Assembly (NCBI GenBank): GCA_951406725.2
Contig: OX597825.1
Location: 28,830,001-28,894,000, forward strand
Direction: 5' to 3'
Origin: Octopus vulgaris
Lineage: Eukaryota
DNA length: 64,000 nucleotides
Below the pieces are notes generated by a model. It worked only from the letters and a program-made list of their open reading frames with translations. It ran no database searches and had not been told where the DNA came from. Numbering within the stretch: the first letter of the stretch is position 1; each line of letters starts with the position of its first letter. The position numbers and the translations under genes were made by a program. This document shows positions 42,286-58,140 of the stretch, piece after piece.

Positions 42286-42355
<70 letters not shown>

Positions 42356-42398
42356 GTATGCATATATATATATAGGGCGCGTATATATGCAATATGTA

Positions 42399-42610
42399 AG
42401 GCGGCGCGCTGACAAAGACGTTAGCATAACGGGCGAAATGCTTAGCCATATTTCGTCTTTACGCTCTGAGTTCAAATTTCGCCGAGGTCGACATTCCCTT
42501 TCATCCTTTCGGAGTCGATAAATTAAGTAGTACTTGAGTAGTGGGTTCGATCTAATCGACTTCCACCCCCCACACCCAAACCCAAAATTTCGGACCTTGT
42601 GCCAAGAGTA
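42399..42610 (+). mobile_element. SINE family A
   Basis: Head, box B and core present. Confidence 0.8.
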
Positions 42611-42690
42611 GCTATGTATGTATGTATGTATGTATGTATGTATGTATGTATGTATGTATGTATGTATGTACACACATACACTTACATAAG

Positions 42691-42760
<70 letters not shown>

Positions 42761-43264
42761 TGTATGTATGTATGTATGTATGTATGTATGTATGTGTGTG
42801 TGTATGTATGTATCACAAGGGTTTCACTTCACACGTCAGCTCAACATGTACTTATTAGTCGAAAGATACCTGTTGTTATTCTCGTGTTGTTTGTATTTGT
42901 AATCGTGTAACATTTTCTCCGTTTTCTCGTTTTCTGTATCTGTATTGTCGTACACATTCGCTTGCTTTCTTCCAAAAACGTAATGCTCTTAGCTTAGATT
43001 TTTGGGGCTTACCAATTTTGAACATTCCCAAGTGTAACAGGCCGAAATTGTAATGATAATTGGAAACTTGACTGATGAACAGAAAGCTACAAATAATCCG
43101 TCCTGGGTTTTCATCTCCTTCTATCTGACCATATGATTTTATTGTCGTCCGTTACGTTCTTATTCCGTTTTTTGGATACATACATACGTACACACATATA
43201 TACATACACACATGCATATATACATACATACATACATTCATACATACATACATACATACATACA

Positions 43265-43296
<32 letters not shown>

Positions 43297-43336
43297 GATA
43301 GATAGATAGATATATAGAGAGATAGATAGATAGATT

Positions 43337-43411
<75 letters not shown>

Positions 43412-43574
43412 TGATTGATAGATAGATAGATATTTATTTATGTGTTCATCTTTATGGCCTTTGTTAGTTCCACCCTATCCCCATCACTTGACAACTGATG
43501 TTGCTGTGTGCTCTTAGAGTTTTCTTACACATTCTGATATTGGAATCTCAAACGCTTTCAGTTTTTACGGTAAG

Positions 43575-43780
43575 AAGCAGAATCGCTATCACCCGAGGCA
43601 AGATGCTTAGCGGCATTTGTCCGTTTTTATGTTTTCAGTTGAAATTCCGCCGGGGTCGACTTTGCCTTGAATCCTTTTTCGGGTCGATAAGATAAGTACC
43701 AGTTGAACACTGGCATCGTTTTAATCGGCTATTGCCCCACCACCACCGAAATTATTGGCGCTGTGCTAAAATTAGAAATC
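43575..43780 (+). mobile_element. SINE family A, diverged
   Basis: gcagaatcgct..gcttagcggcattt..gtcgactttgcc..gggtcgataagataagtaccag. Confidence 0.7.
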
Positions 43781-44303
43781 AATTTTACAGTTAATCTATA
43801 TTACTAGAATTTTCTCCCTTACTGGTTTTTATAGATTTTGAAAGAAACTAGACACAGATTTTGTCTACTAATTGTAAAGATATTTCGAGCGAAACGAACT
43901 TTTTTGAGTCACTATATTAAATATGCAGATCCTACCAGCCAGGCAAAGTCTTCGCTATATTTGCGGCACCTGCCAGAGGGAGTATTTGTCCAGGATAGGA
44001 CTATACAGCCACAGCAGGAGATGTATTACGACATGAAATGTAAAAGCCGGACTAGATTATTTTATGCGCAACTCTATTGTCTCCTGAGACAATGCCAACA
44101 GCCAAAATGTCAACAACCAAAATGGTCAAATATTTATGCAACGCACGCGTATATTTTCTTTTATATCTTAATCGTTTTACTTACTAAACTTTGGCCTTGC
44201 TGGAGCAATTACATACACATTGAAAATGAAATAAATGCATATAAAATAGAAAGTGAAACTCTTAGAAACAAATGAACATTACGTGTGACGCACATACGGG
44301 GTA

Positions 44304-44430
44304 CAGGGTCGGCCAAAAGTCATGCAATAAGATTGGGAACTCATCTAGTATACACAGCACATTTCAGAAATAACATCTATATAGAGAAAAAACAGCAAAT
44401 ATTTTGGGGCTTGACTTTTGGCCTACGTCT
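44304..44430. mobile_element. small Tc1/mariner-type MITE
   Basis: TA|cagggtcggccaaaagtca ... tgacttttggcc (12-bp inverted match). Confidence 0.45.
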
Positions 44431-44898
44431 ATTATATAAAATATAATAGATCCATCTCAGTGTATGATGTATATTTTCTTTATAAAGTTTGACGAAGTTA
44501 CCCCATTATAATAATTTTTTGTACTGAAAATATATTTGTTGTAACTCTGCAAAAATATATAATATGAAAAATTTGCTGAAAGCTTACGTCAAAAATATAA
44601 TAGCTAAGACTAATTATACAGCACCCCGTGGTGTGTGGACGTCTCTTCTTTTTACTGTGCATACATGCATACTTACATACACATTCATTCATAAATACAT
44701 AAATATAGGTGTGTGTGTGTAAATATATATAAGTATGTGCGTGTGTGTATGTGTGTTGTGTTGAGCATTATGTATGTGTGTGTATATATATATATATATA
44801 TAGATTGATAGATAGATGCATATATAATACGTTGATAACTATGTATATAGACATGTATCAATATATATATGTATGTATGTATGTATCTATCTACCTAT

Positions 44899-44953
<55 letters not shown>

Positions 44954-45147
44954 CACACACGTATCATATATCCATTTTATCAATACATTGATAACTATGT
45001 ATATACATAAGTTATCAATACATTGATAATTATGTATATAGACATGTATCAATATATATATATGTATGTATATATGTATGTATGTATGTATGTTTGTATG
45101 TATGTATATATGTATATATGTATCTATCTATCAATCAATCTACCTAT

Positions 45148-45180
<33 letters not shown>

Positions 45181-45720
45181 CACACACACACCATATATAT
45201 TTATAATACAATATACACATACACACACGTATTATATATCCATTTTTACTTCTTATCCTTGATGCAAATCAATCATTTACAATAATAGATGGTGTCCAAC
45301 GCTTAATTTCCGACAACTTTCCAAAACGATTCCATACCATAACTCCCAGTTTCGTCTAAAATTCTTTATATTTTTTTGTATTTCTTCCTCTTTCTTTCTC
45401 CTATTTCCCTCCCTTCTCCCTGTCTCTCTCCTCCTCCGCTCTCTTCCATCCTTTGTCGGCCATTCTTTTATCTCTACCCTACCTCTCTCTCTTTCACTGT
45501 TTTTCTCTTGCTTTCCGACTCATTCTATTTATCTATTTAATTTGATTACCAGTTTTTTTTTCTTCTTCCCACCCTTTTTTATTTATTTCTCTCCTGGATT
45601 AATTTCTTGTCGCTTTTGACTAAGAACATCTGATATAACTAACAATTCCAGATTTAGAAATGCCTATATTTCAGGTTCATTTATTTCTATAGCAAGTTAT
45701 TTTAGCGCTCTTGCAGATTG

Positions 45721-45763
<43 letters not shown>

Positions 45764-45850
45764 TATATATACATATATATATAACTTGCATATAAATAAT
45801 AGAGATTGATTCACACACATAAGTACAAATGTGTATATATATATATCTAC

Positions 45851-45950
<100 letters not shown>

Positions 45951-46219
45951 TATAGACGTAAAAAACATATATGTGGGGCACGCTAATAGTTTCCGCCGTG
46001 AACATATAATTAGTAACAAAATTAATTAAATTACATAACGCAGCAAAATATACCCGTGCACTCGGACATTAACTCAAATACACACACACATATACATGCA
46101 TATGAATAAGTGTATATATATACACATATCATAATATCATATATTTCATATATACATAATGCAGACACATGTATATAATATATAAGTATTACATTGTATA
46201 TCATGTATATATATGTATA

Positions 46220-46268
<49 letters not shown>

Positions 46269-46400
46269 ATATGTATTTACATTTATAGGTAAATTTATGA
46301 GTAATTTTATTGTTATTGGTGGATATATCTTCATAGCAATATCGGTTAACTTCTTAAAGAAACTATATGTGAATATACATACATAGATACATACAACAAG

Positions 46401-46447
<47 letters not shown>

Positions 46448-46740
46448 GTAAATAGAGAAATTTATCTATACAATATGTTATATTATATATCAAGATGTGT
46501 GTGTGTGTGTGTGGAATAGGTTATCTGGCTAGAAAACGATAAAAATACCGTTAAAAATGAAGGAAATAGTTATAGACTTATATATTTATATATTTTATAT
46601 ATATATATTTTTATATATTTTTATGATAGATAGACGAAAAATAGATATAAGACGCAGGCAAGCAGAGTTATAAAGTAATTTCCCTTCATTTTTAACATTT
46701 TTCATAACGTTTTCAAATAAACATTTAGACATACACTACG

Positions 46741-46801
<61 letters not shown>

Positions 46802-46949
46802 TTATATGTGTGTGTGTATATATGTAGTAGATAGACAGATGATAGATAGTAAGATAGATTAGATACACACACATATATATATGTATATACGTATGTTTAT
46901 ATGTGTGTATATATATGTGTCCGTGGATGTATATATACATATATATATG

Positions 46950-47031
<82 letters not shown>

Positions 47032-47667
47032 CATATATATATATGTGTGTATAAAATACCTACATCCACGCACACATATATATACGCACATATAAACATA
47101 CGTATATACGCATTCGTGTATGTCTAAATGTTTTTGTGTGTGCGTATCTATCTATCTATCTATCTATCTATTTATCTATCTATCTATCTGTCTATCTATC
47201 TTGTAACTTCTCCCATCTGTGTGCAGCCCCAGCCCTGTATGGCCAATAAAGAAACTTATCTGTCTATCTATCTATATATCTCTATCTACACATAAACACA
47301 CAAACGCACGCATACACACATACATACACGCCCCACCCACACATGTATATACAGACACATACACATATATCTTATATGAGGGACAGATGAAGGTAACCAT
47401 TTGTTCCTTCGTACGTTTCATAACTATGGTTTCTTGGAACCCTTCATGAAGTGTTCCAAATCCATTTGGAAACTTAAACAAAACGAGGAGGTCTTTATTG
47501 CATAAAGTTTCTGCGTATAATGTAGGAGATTCTTAACCAGTCTATTAGAAGCAGACTGGAATATAGTAATCTGTGTGAGCACTAAACATAATAGTACATC
47601 TCGAATACCTATTTGTTATCAAAAGATGTACTATAGGTGTATGCGTGTAATATATATAATATTTATT

Positions 47668-47892
47668 AGGGTGAGCAGGCAGAATCGTTAGCTCGCCTGG
47701 CGAAATGCTTAGCAGTATTTTGTCTGCCGTTACGTTCTGAGTCCAAATTCCGCCGAGGTCGACTTTGCATGTCATCCTTTCGAGTCAATTAAATAAGTAC
47801 CAGTTATGCACTGGGGTCGTTGTAATCGACTTAATCCCTCTGTCTGTCCTTGTTTGTCCCTTCTGTGTTTAGCTCCCTGTGGGCAAGAAAGA
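47668..47892 (+). mobile_element. SINE family A, full monomer
   Basis: 19-bp TSD aatatatataatatttatt at 47649-47667 and 47893-47911. Confidence 0.9.
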
Positions 47893-48833
47893 AATATATA
47901 TAATATTTATTTACTTATATGAACAGTCTGTCACTTAATGCCGGTGGTAAGATATTCTTGAGAAATGTGATTTTAAGTGAAAAGTCGTTACAAGAAACCA
48001 ATTTTACCAATAGTTTTTCTTCTTGCATTTGAGCCCACACGTTATTCACCTCCTTGCTTCACGATTTCTCTCTGGTTTCAGATCTTAACTGGAAAAAATT
48101 GTTGTAACTTTATCCAAAACAAGAAATATATCAGGCTTTCTAGCTATATATCAAACATGAATCATTTTTCAAATTCTTGCCCCCCACTTTTTTTATTCTT
48201 GCGCTTTCACTCTTACCATTCCTCCTCAGCACGTGTTTGTTATGTCTTCAAGAGATCAGCATTAGATATTTTTTTCACCGTGAGATTCAAGCAGCTTTAT
48301 TCTATATTTTATGTTTTATTGCTCCTTGAAAGAAATGCAGTTCTCTGAAGTAGACTGAAGACTTACAAAGATTCTATCTCAAAGTTCCCTAACAAAAAAA
48401 AAATTGAATGACTTGTATTGTTGTCTGTCATTATTTATTTATTTATTAGTGAATTGAAACATATCCTATAAAAGAAAGAAGGAAAAATTATGACCAAAGA
48501 AACATTCACTTAGACAAGCTTACACCTGGGCAATATTTCATTTCCGGTTTTTATGATATAACATTGACAGTATAACGAAACGAAAACGCTAGGTGAGGAC
48601 TGCCTGTATCATCGGTCGAAGCATGGTTTTTCATCCATAACTTATACACGTTTTTCACTTTTGGTATTTTGTTTTACTTTTAAATAATTAAAAAGTTAAA
48701 TTTTTTGAAAACAATTTCAGCTCCAAATAAATTACCATTTTTTATATTTTGCATAAGAATTAACTACGAGAAACTAGTATTCACTCAGATATAAATATAA
48801 ACACCCAAAGACAAATACACAACGCACATACAT

Positions 48834-48930
<97 letters not shown>

Positions 48931-49019
48931 AACACACACAAACACATAAATGTAAATTCCAGCTAGCCAACTGCAATTGTAAAAACTTAAGTAAGATCAG
49001 TACAAGAATACCGTCTGTC

Positions 49020-49500
49020 AGATAAATTATTCAACCCCGCTGTACTGCATTAGAGTGGCACACTGAAAAAAAAATTCTTCAAGACAAAACAGTAAAAATT
49101 CCCCGCAAAAAAAAATGGATGTCATCTACAGTTTTGCGGAAAGCTTCGCAACCAGATTTTTAAATCTAAGAGCAGCACAAATCAATCTCTTGAATGAAAC
49201 TGTAGGAAAATATTTTCTGGTTCCCTTAATGGTAAATATCTCACCTAATAGGTTGCGTACCGACATAATATAACAATAAAAACTGTAGAAAATACATATA
49301 CTAAGCTAATCGCCAACACATTCAAAAGTAGATATATACAACATAGTCATTCTTTCAGATCCGGAGACAAAGAAATTATACTTCTCGAGCTAACCTGAAA
49401 GAGACTAGAATTAACAATATTCATATCTGTTTAGGCACTGTTGAGGCTGCAACATATATTCCAAATAGATAGAGAAATGTCTTGTGGAGAATGTAACACT
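49020..49500 (+). mobile_element. decayed Penelope-like element, linker and GIY-YIG endonuclease region
   Basis: LFNP.. at about 49027; PLNGKYLT**VAYRHNITIKTVENTYTKLIANTFKSRYIQHSHSFR at about 49222-49360. Confidence 0.65.
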
Positions 49501-49959
49501 TTTTGCAAGTTTAGAAAACCTAAACTGTTTATATTTAGTTATATTAATCAATGCATACTGAAAAGACTATCGCCATGATAAAGGAAGTAAGCATATCACC
49601 ACGCTAGATATAGACCACATACGCAATATCAACATAGTAGTATCATTCTTCCCAATCCAAACTGCTTATTAGCCCAATTCTAAATATCAGTTGCCACAAA
49701 TATTGAGAAAGCTCCTTATTCTGTACTAACAACAGATAATTTAAGATTTGCTACTCACAACATCTCCGTGCAAACGGGAAGCGCACATAAACTATGCTGG
49801 ACTATATCACAGAACGCAAAAGAAAATTATGATGGAAAACATAAGTGGATGGACCACAGATATGAGCAAAGCAATACTCTCGCATTGCAGCTACAATAAA
49901 GTTAGAAGCATGTACATTCATATATAGATGCATATATAACGTAGACATAAATAATTACG

Positions 49960-50312
49960 AGGAGGCGGGCTGGCAGAAACGTTAGCTCGCTTGACGGAAT
50001 GCTTAGCAGTATTTCATCTGCCGTAAAGTTCTGAATTCAAATTCAGCTGAGCTCGACTTTGCCTTTCATCCTTTAGGGGTTGATAAATTAAGTAGCAGTT
50101 GTGTACTGGGGTCGATCTAATCGACTGGCTCCCTCCCCCAAAATTTTGGGCCTTGTGCCTAGAGTAGAAAAGACTATTATAAGGCTGGGAGCTAGCAGAA
50201 ACGCTAGCATGCCAGGCGAAATGCTTCGCGTTATTTCGTCTGACTTTACGTTCTGTGTTCAAATTCTGCCCAGGTCAAAAAAAATTTCGACCCTTGTGCC
50301 TAGTGTAGAAAA
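49960..50312 (+). mobile_element. two adjacent family A SINE copies
   Basis: Heads at about 49963 and 50183; the second is internally deleted. Confidence 0.8.
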
Positions 50313-50688
50313 GACATAGATGCATACGTATATAGACACACGCAAACACATATATGTATGTATTTATGTATGACTGTATGTATGCAAACACTGTTAAGAT
50401 ACACAGCCACACAAACACATATATATATATACGAGTGAGTAGACAAAGAAAGAAGGGCACTCAACACATTTATTGGGAGTTACATGTAAGGATCAAACAT
50501 TTTAATTCAAATTCACTAGTACTTTAAGTTTCAAGCGTAATGTTAATCATCAGTCATTAGAATAAGAATCGCAATTCCAGTGGCTGAGGATCTTCATCAC
50601 GGTTGAAACTTAAAGTACGAATGAATTTAAATCAAACTACTTCATCCATACATGCATATGTATATATATATATATACGTGTATACATG

Positions 50689-50731
<43 letters not shown>

Positions 50732-50804
50732 GTGATCTCTTAAGCACCACCAGCTCAAATATTTTCTCCTCTGTCTTCCCTCCTTGGGATCTTTCCTTCT
50801 CCTT

Positions 50805-50839
50805 GTTTCCGACGAAGAGCTTCGCTCGAAACGTTAAAC
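50805..50839 (+). ncRNA. minimal hammerhead-like motif with U4C
   Basis: GUUU CCGACGA A GAGC UUC GCUC GAAA CG UU AAAC, within an insert of about 230 bp in (AT)n. Confidence 0.6.
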
Positions 50840-50953
50840 CCTCCTTCCCTTCTTTCCTGAGCGTCAATAATACTTTAATTGTTCCACGTCCTGCGTTGCT
50901 GTGTTTTTTTTTCTCTTTTTTCTCTTTTTTTCTGTGTTTTCTTGTTTGGATTA

Positions 50954-51004
<51 letters not shown>

Positions 51005-51185
51005 TCGGACTCTCAGCCCCTTCCTCCTTTTCCTTTTCACGGGACTTTTCCCTCTTGAAACGTCATTTTTAGTCCTATTTTTCATCTAACACTTTCTCTA
51101 AGATTCAATTCAATGTATTCACTGATTACGTCTAGTTCAATGATTGTTGGTTTTTGTTGCTGTATTTGCTTATATACATACATAC

Positions 51186-51216
<31 letters not shown>

Positions 51217-51400
51217 CATACATACATACATACATACATACATACATACATACATACATACATACATACATACATACATGCATACGCACGTACATCCATC
51301 CATCCATCCATACATACATACATGCATGCATACGTATATACATACATACATACATATAGGTATATGTCTATATACACATACATATTAATCATGTATTTAT

Positions 51401-51454
<54 letters not shown>

Positions 51455-52963
51455 GCACACACACAGGCACACACATACACACACACACATATATGCATAC
51501 ACACATTCCTGTGTGTGTGTACACACGAATATATATACTTGTATGTATATTTTACAGACGTGATAATATGGATGTAATATCTGTTATATAACAAACAAGA
51601 TTATCTAACAGCCGTAAACCAAAGATTTAGACATCTGTTCCCTCACCTCACTTCCCTTTTCTGTTCTCTCTCCATGTGCGTGTCTCTGTATTCGTGCATA
51701 CATGTAGATATCTGCGTATATATATATTTAGATACATGTATATCATACCGTTTCAATAAGTGGCATTTAACAGAGGATGACAAGAAAAGGCTCAATAAAC
51801 TTTGAACGAGCGACTTTAGACATCTGTACACAAAGTTACAGGTTGCACTTAGCAACCAAACTACTCTCGAAAAGCAGTCGATCAGGCAAGGTTGTTTCTC
51901 ATCGATATAAATTATGTGTGAGTATGTGAGTGTGTAGATAGATATATCGCATGGGTATATTAATATATGAGTGTGTATGTGTGTGTGCACCGTATTCATG
52001 TATATATATATATATATAAATATATATGAATACGCACACACACATATATATTTACATATATATATCGTTAATTGCATTATTTGTGTGATTCTAAGTTATA
52101 TAGACAAAAGAACAAAGATAACAAATAATGAATACAAACGTATGACAACCTTACAATCTACACACACACATACACACAATCTCTCTCAAACACACACTCG
52201 CACAGTCACACGCACACACACACACGAAAAGCACACTTGCACACACACACGAGCGCGCGCGTACACAAAATTATTGCTCTAACGCCTTGGAGATCGATGA
52301 ATTCTTCACTGTTGTTAAAGAAAATATTTCGGCAACTAAAACAGCAGTTAAGCCATTTTCAAATGGAACCCATCGACCAAATTATTGAACAGAGTAAAGA
52401 ATAAATATGTAAAACATAACTATATAAATAAATAAATAAATAAATAAATAGGTAAAAACATAACTATACAAACAAATACATAATTTTTTTTCTTTAATTC
52501 TTCAAGGATTAACAGAGATTATATATTTATGTGTCTATCTGAAAAATTTCCCATCATTCTCTTCGAAGTTTCGCCGTCCTAACGTCTTCGTCGCCGTGTA
52601 ATATTATAACCATTAACTTTCTCATGTTTCGCGTCGTTCTTTCATATTCTTGATGTGTGTGAGAGGATTCTCGTGATAAACAGATTAGCGGCTTCTCTCA
52701 GATGTTCCACTATTAAAGGAAACACGGTTGCCGTCCGATATTCGCGAACACAAACACGCATACATATACAGTAACGTGTGTGTGTGTTGGTGTGTATGTA
52801 CACACACACACTCACATATATATATATATATACATACATACATATATATATATATACACATACATATATATATGTATATATATATACATATGTATATATA
52901 TATGTATATATATATGTATATATATACCTATGTATATATATATGTATATATATATATATGTAT

Positions 52964-53008
<45 letters not shown>

Positions 53009-53033
53009 CATGTATATATGCATGTTTATGTTT

Positions 53034-53089
<56 letters not shown>

Positions 53090-53279
53090 ATATATATATA
53101 TGTGTACATATATATGTATGTAGGTATGAATGTATGTTTGAGTGTGTGATTGTGTGGATGGCTGTGTGAGCGTGTCAGTGCGGGTATCATTGTGTAATAT
53201 ATGTATGTATATATATATATATATATATGTGTGTATGTATACGCACATCTATGTTTGTGCTTGCCTATATCTCAAAAAC

Positions 53280-53378
<99 letters not shown>

Positions 53379-53740
53379 TATGCATAAACTATGTATATAT
53401 GCGTGTTTTGTGCATGCTGTGTGTGTGTCTGGTTTTGTTTGTGTGGGATGTGTAAAGAAAGCGAAAACAGTTAAGAGATGCTGTTATGTTAAAGACCATT
53501 TTCAAAGATAAAAATTTTTACAAGGTTTCGTTATAGAAACTGGTACCTCTGGAATCTCGACTTTTAGCTGTTGTTATCGTTGTTGTTGTGGCTTTTATTC
53601 TTGTTGTTGCTTTTGTTGTCACATTCATTGTTTATTTGCTACAGGTTTTGCTATTGTTTTCTTTTTTTTATGTGATACTAGCTACGAGTATCCTGGCGGT
53701 GATTATTATCCTTTCAGCGAAAGTGATGGAAAAAATATTG

Positions 53741-53741
<1 letters not shown>

Positions 53742-53821
<80 letters not shown>

Positions 53822-53858
53822 CTTTCTTTCTATCTATGTATCCATCTTTCTTTCTCAA

Positions 53859-53897
<39 letters not shown>

Positions 53898-53958
53898 CTA
53901 TCTATCCATCTATCTTTCTTTCTATCTTTCTATCTATCTATCTATCTATCTATCTATA

Positions 53959-54009
<51 letters not shown>

Positions 54010-54025
54010 ATATATATATATATAT
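53742..54025. repeat. (CTAT)n microsatellite
   Basis: Directly visible; source of the 216-aa IYLS ORF. Confidence 0.95.
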
Positions 54026-54301
54026 ACGATTTACGATCAAACACATACACTTATATTTGTATATCCAGAGATGATTCGGTTGTTTCAATCTTTTCTTGTT
54101 TTTTTTTCCCCTTTCATTTATTCATTTTGTTCTTGTTTTCGGCAAATAGCTGTGATACCAAACAACTATTTATATGAAAGACTATGTAAAGTGACACCTT
54201 GCAAACACCGAACAGGTTTGTATACAAAGATAAGTTAAAGAATCTGCACAGATGCATGATCACTCAATTAGCTACAAACAGTTTGTTTGTGAGTGTTTGT
54301 T

Positions 54302-54339
<38 letters not shown>

Positions 54340-54642
54340 CGTGTGTGGGTGTGTAAGTATGTATATACGCAGGGATGTGTACGTAAATATTACAGCTTTG
54401 AAGATATGTATTATCCTTTCAAAAGCATACAAAATGTGTTAACGTCGCATGAACGTTTACCGTTTGGTGTTAAAATTTTCGTCGGACCAACTGGGATCTG
54501 GTCCTTGATGTGATCACACTGCATCTGGATGGAAGTAAACCTTCGAAACACGTCAATATCTGAATCTGTCTTTCTAGTTCTCTCTCACTTTCTCTCTGTG
54601 CGTGTGAATGTGTGTAGCCATGTATATGTATGTATATTTATG

Positions 54643-54731
<89 letters not shown>

Positions 54732-54840
54732 AGGGAGAGAGAGAGAGAGAAATTAGAGACAAACTGCTATTTAATTATTCTTACATACAAATAAATTGAA
54801 TTTTTTCCCTGTTAGCTTGGAATTTTTACATTCCCTAACT

Positions 54841-54897
<57 letters not shown>

Positions 54898-54901
54898 AAT
54901 A

Positions 54902-55310
54902 ATAGAAATCAGCAAAATGTGGAAGCTGAAGACTAAAACAATACCTGTTGTCATAAGTGCCCTGGGAATGATAGCGAAAGGGACTGATTGCTACCTAACT
55001 CAGATACCAGGAAACCCCAAAATGGCAGAAATTCAAAAGATAGTGCTCATGGGAACTGCTCATATCATACGCAAAATACTCTCTATGTAATCCCAAGGTT
55101 TAAAACAAACTTTTTTTTTTATTTCTTTTTTTATTTTATTTTTTTTTATGTATTAGACATTCACTAGTACAACACACAAAAAAACCCCCCCAAATATATG
55201 GCACAGAACTTCCAACCTGTTGTCTCTTGAGGTCTCTGAGTGAGACTTGGAGCCAACTTGTAGAGACATAAAGCAAAAGTCAAACATAGAATAAGAATAA
55301 TAATAATAAT
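54902..55310 (+). mobile_element. 5'-truncated Dong/R4-type LINE 3' end inserted in (TAA)n
   Basis: IEISKMWKLKTKTIPVVISALGMI...EIQKIVLMGTAHIIRKILSM* (54902-55090), a 3' UTR, and TAA repeats on both sides. Confidence 0.82.
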
Positions 55311-55363
55311 ATATATATGTACATGGATATATATATATATATATGTGTGTGTGTGTATGTATG

Positions 55364-55485
<122 letters not shown>

Positions 55486-56184
55486 CAGACAGAGACAGAG
55501 AATCAGAGAAAGTGAGACATACAAACACACTCTCACACATATATCTATGTATCGATATACGTGTGCATGTTTATTTGTATGTATGTGTATCGGAAAATAT
55601 AAATAAACTGCAATAGCTGTTAAACATGCAAGACAAATAAAATGAATTACAATGGATATTGTACCAATTCAACGCTTGCTTGTACGAAGACAGTAAAGTG
55701 TGTCCTCGCTGTTTCAGTTATTATTCTACATTCTAAAAGGCATGGTAAATCGCAACTTAGAAAGAAAGGATGAAAGAGCGAAATAAATGAATAAAAGAAT
55801 AAGGAAGGAAAGAAGGAAGGAAGGCATGAAGAAAGGAATGAAGGAAAGCAGTAAAATAATATGGGTTTCTAATATTGGTTCAAGGGTTTAACATTTGGTC
55901 GGGGACGTGAGTCAATAAGATCAGGCCACGTAAGTAACAGCTACTTAATTTTATCGACTGCGAAAGGATGAAAAACATATTTGACCTGGGCAGGATATGA
56001 TCTTGGAATGTAAGAAACCTGAACAAATATCGATACTAATGATTCATTGAAAATATGGGAGGATAAAAAAAAAACTATAAGACTGGATCATATACAACGA
56101 TTGTGTCACGGTATGTATATGCTTGGCATCAGATTGTAGCTGAGTGCACAGGTGCACTAGCTAAAAGAATGAAGTATATTCAGA

Positions 56185-56230
<46 letters not shown>

Positions 56231-56252
56231 AATAGATATATACATGTGATAT

Positions 56253-56460
56253 ACTCTTTTACTCTTTTACTTGTTTCAGTCATTTGACTGCGGCCATGCT
56301 GGAGCACCGCCTTTAGTCGAGCAAATCGACCCCGGGACTTATTCTTTTGTAAGCCCAGTACTTATTCTATCGGTCTCTTTTGCCAAACCGCTAAGTGACG
56401 GGGACGTAAACACACCAGCATCGATTGTCAAGCAGTGCTAGGGGGACAAACACAGATACA

Positions 56461-56552
<92 letters not shown>

Positions 56553-56665
56553 CATATATACGACGGGCTTCTTTCAGTTTCCGTCTACCAAATCCACTCA
56601 CAAGGCATTGGTCGGCCCGGGGCTATAGCAGAAGACACTTGTCCAAGACGCCACGCAGTGGGACT
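56253..56665 (-). mobile_element. SINE family B, 5'-truncated
   Basis: Tail, (CA)n(TA)n and CORE-like block on the minus strand. Confidence 0.85.
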
Positions 56666-57121
56666 GATATATATATGTATATATATATACATAATCAAAT
56701 ACATGTATGCATATTTATTTACACGTATACATAAAAATACAAACACATGCGTGTAAATGTACATACTTACACACGAACATACACACACAAACACATTTAT
56801 ATATATCGATATATATATATATACATAGACTCATACATATATACATACAAATAATTAGACATATGCATACATATATATATAAATATATTAGTCCATATAA
56901 ACACATTCATATACATACTTAATTGCATATCCACACATGCACACACACACATACACACACACAAACACACACATATATGTATATATATATATATATATGC
57001 ATACACTTATACACAAACATGTCCACTCCCATTTTATTACCCCAACCATATTGTGATACTAATCCTATTCCTTAATTACTGTTCATGTTTCTACATTCAG
57101 AAAGGAGATTGTTTCACCTCT

Positions 57122-57160
<39 letters not shown>

Positions 57161-57378
57161 TTGTCCGTTAATTTTAGTATATCTTTTCCATATTTGCCCC
57201 AGTATGGCCGTAGCCTGTTGACTGAAACAAGTGAGAATAAAAGCTGAAATATCGTATTTTATCGCATAAACCAAGCACGGGTTTATCAAACGTAAATCAC
57301 TTTTAGCAGCGCATATTCTATAAAAGGAAGCAAATGACATTCGCCCAAAGTCGTATGTTGGACCCAGAGTATTTCGTT

Positions 57379-57419
<41 letters not shown>

Positions 57420-57595
57420 ACACAAAAACAAAAAAATAAACAGAGCGTTTTATATCCCAACAGTCCCCAATCTTTACTTATACCACGGAGTGGTTTCATG
57501 CAACACAATTTTTCTACTGTTCTTTATTTAAGAGATTAGGAATTATGTACCTTATTTACATTTGACGGATATTTGTCCTCATCTTGTTTGTTGTT

Positions 57596-57641
57596 AACAC
57601 AACGTTTCTGCTGATATACCCTCCAGCCTTCATCAGGTGTC
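57596..57641 (-). ncRNA. minimal type I hammerhead motif
   Basis: GACAC CUGAUGA A GGCUG..CAGCA GAAA CG UU GUGUU. Confidence 0.7.
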
Positions 57642-57726
57642 TTGAGGAAAGTTCGAACCTGGGCTCTCATTCCTAATGTATTTTTCGATGTTGCTGTTGT
57701 TGTTGTTGTTATTATTATTATTGTTA

Positions 57727-57790
<64 letters not shown>

Positions 57791-57930
57791 TATTATTATT
57801 AAAGTTATTTGATGACATAGAACAGGAGTCTCTAACCACCGAGCCATCGAGCAGTGCCTTGTCGTGGAACAGTTGGCAACAAACCGCTCATAAAGAATAA
57901 ATTATTCAGGGACCTGAATAAAATAATAAT

Positions 57931-57992
<62 letters not shown>

Positions 57993-58002
57993 TAACAATA
58001 AC

Positions 58003-58090
<88 letters not shown>

Positions 58091-58140
58091 GCATCGAAAA
58101 ATACATTAGGAATGAGAACCTAGGTTCGAAATTACCCTAA

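Noticed and set aside
43838-44275. 145-aa non-repetitive ORF
   Set aside because: Non-ATG start, no recognisable motif or splice support.
52560-52600. Minus-strand GCGACGA..GAAAC hammerhead-like string
   Set aside because: Core mismatched and no convincing stem I.
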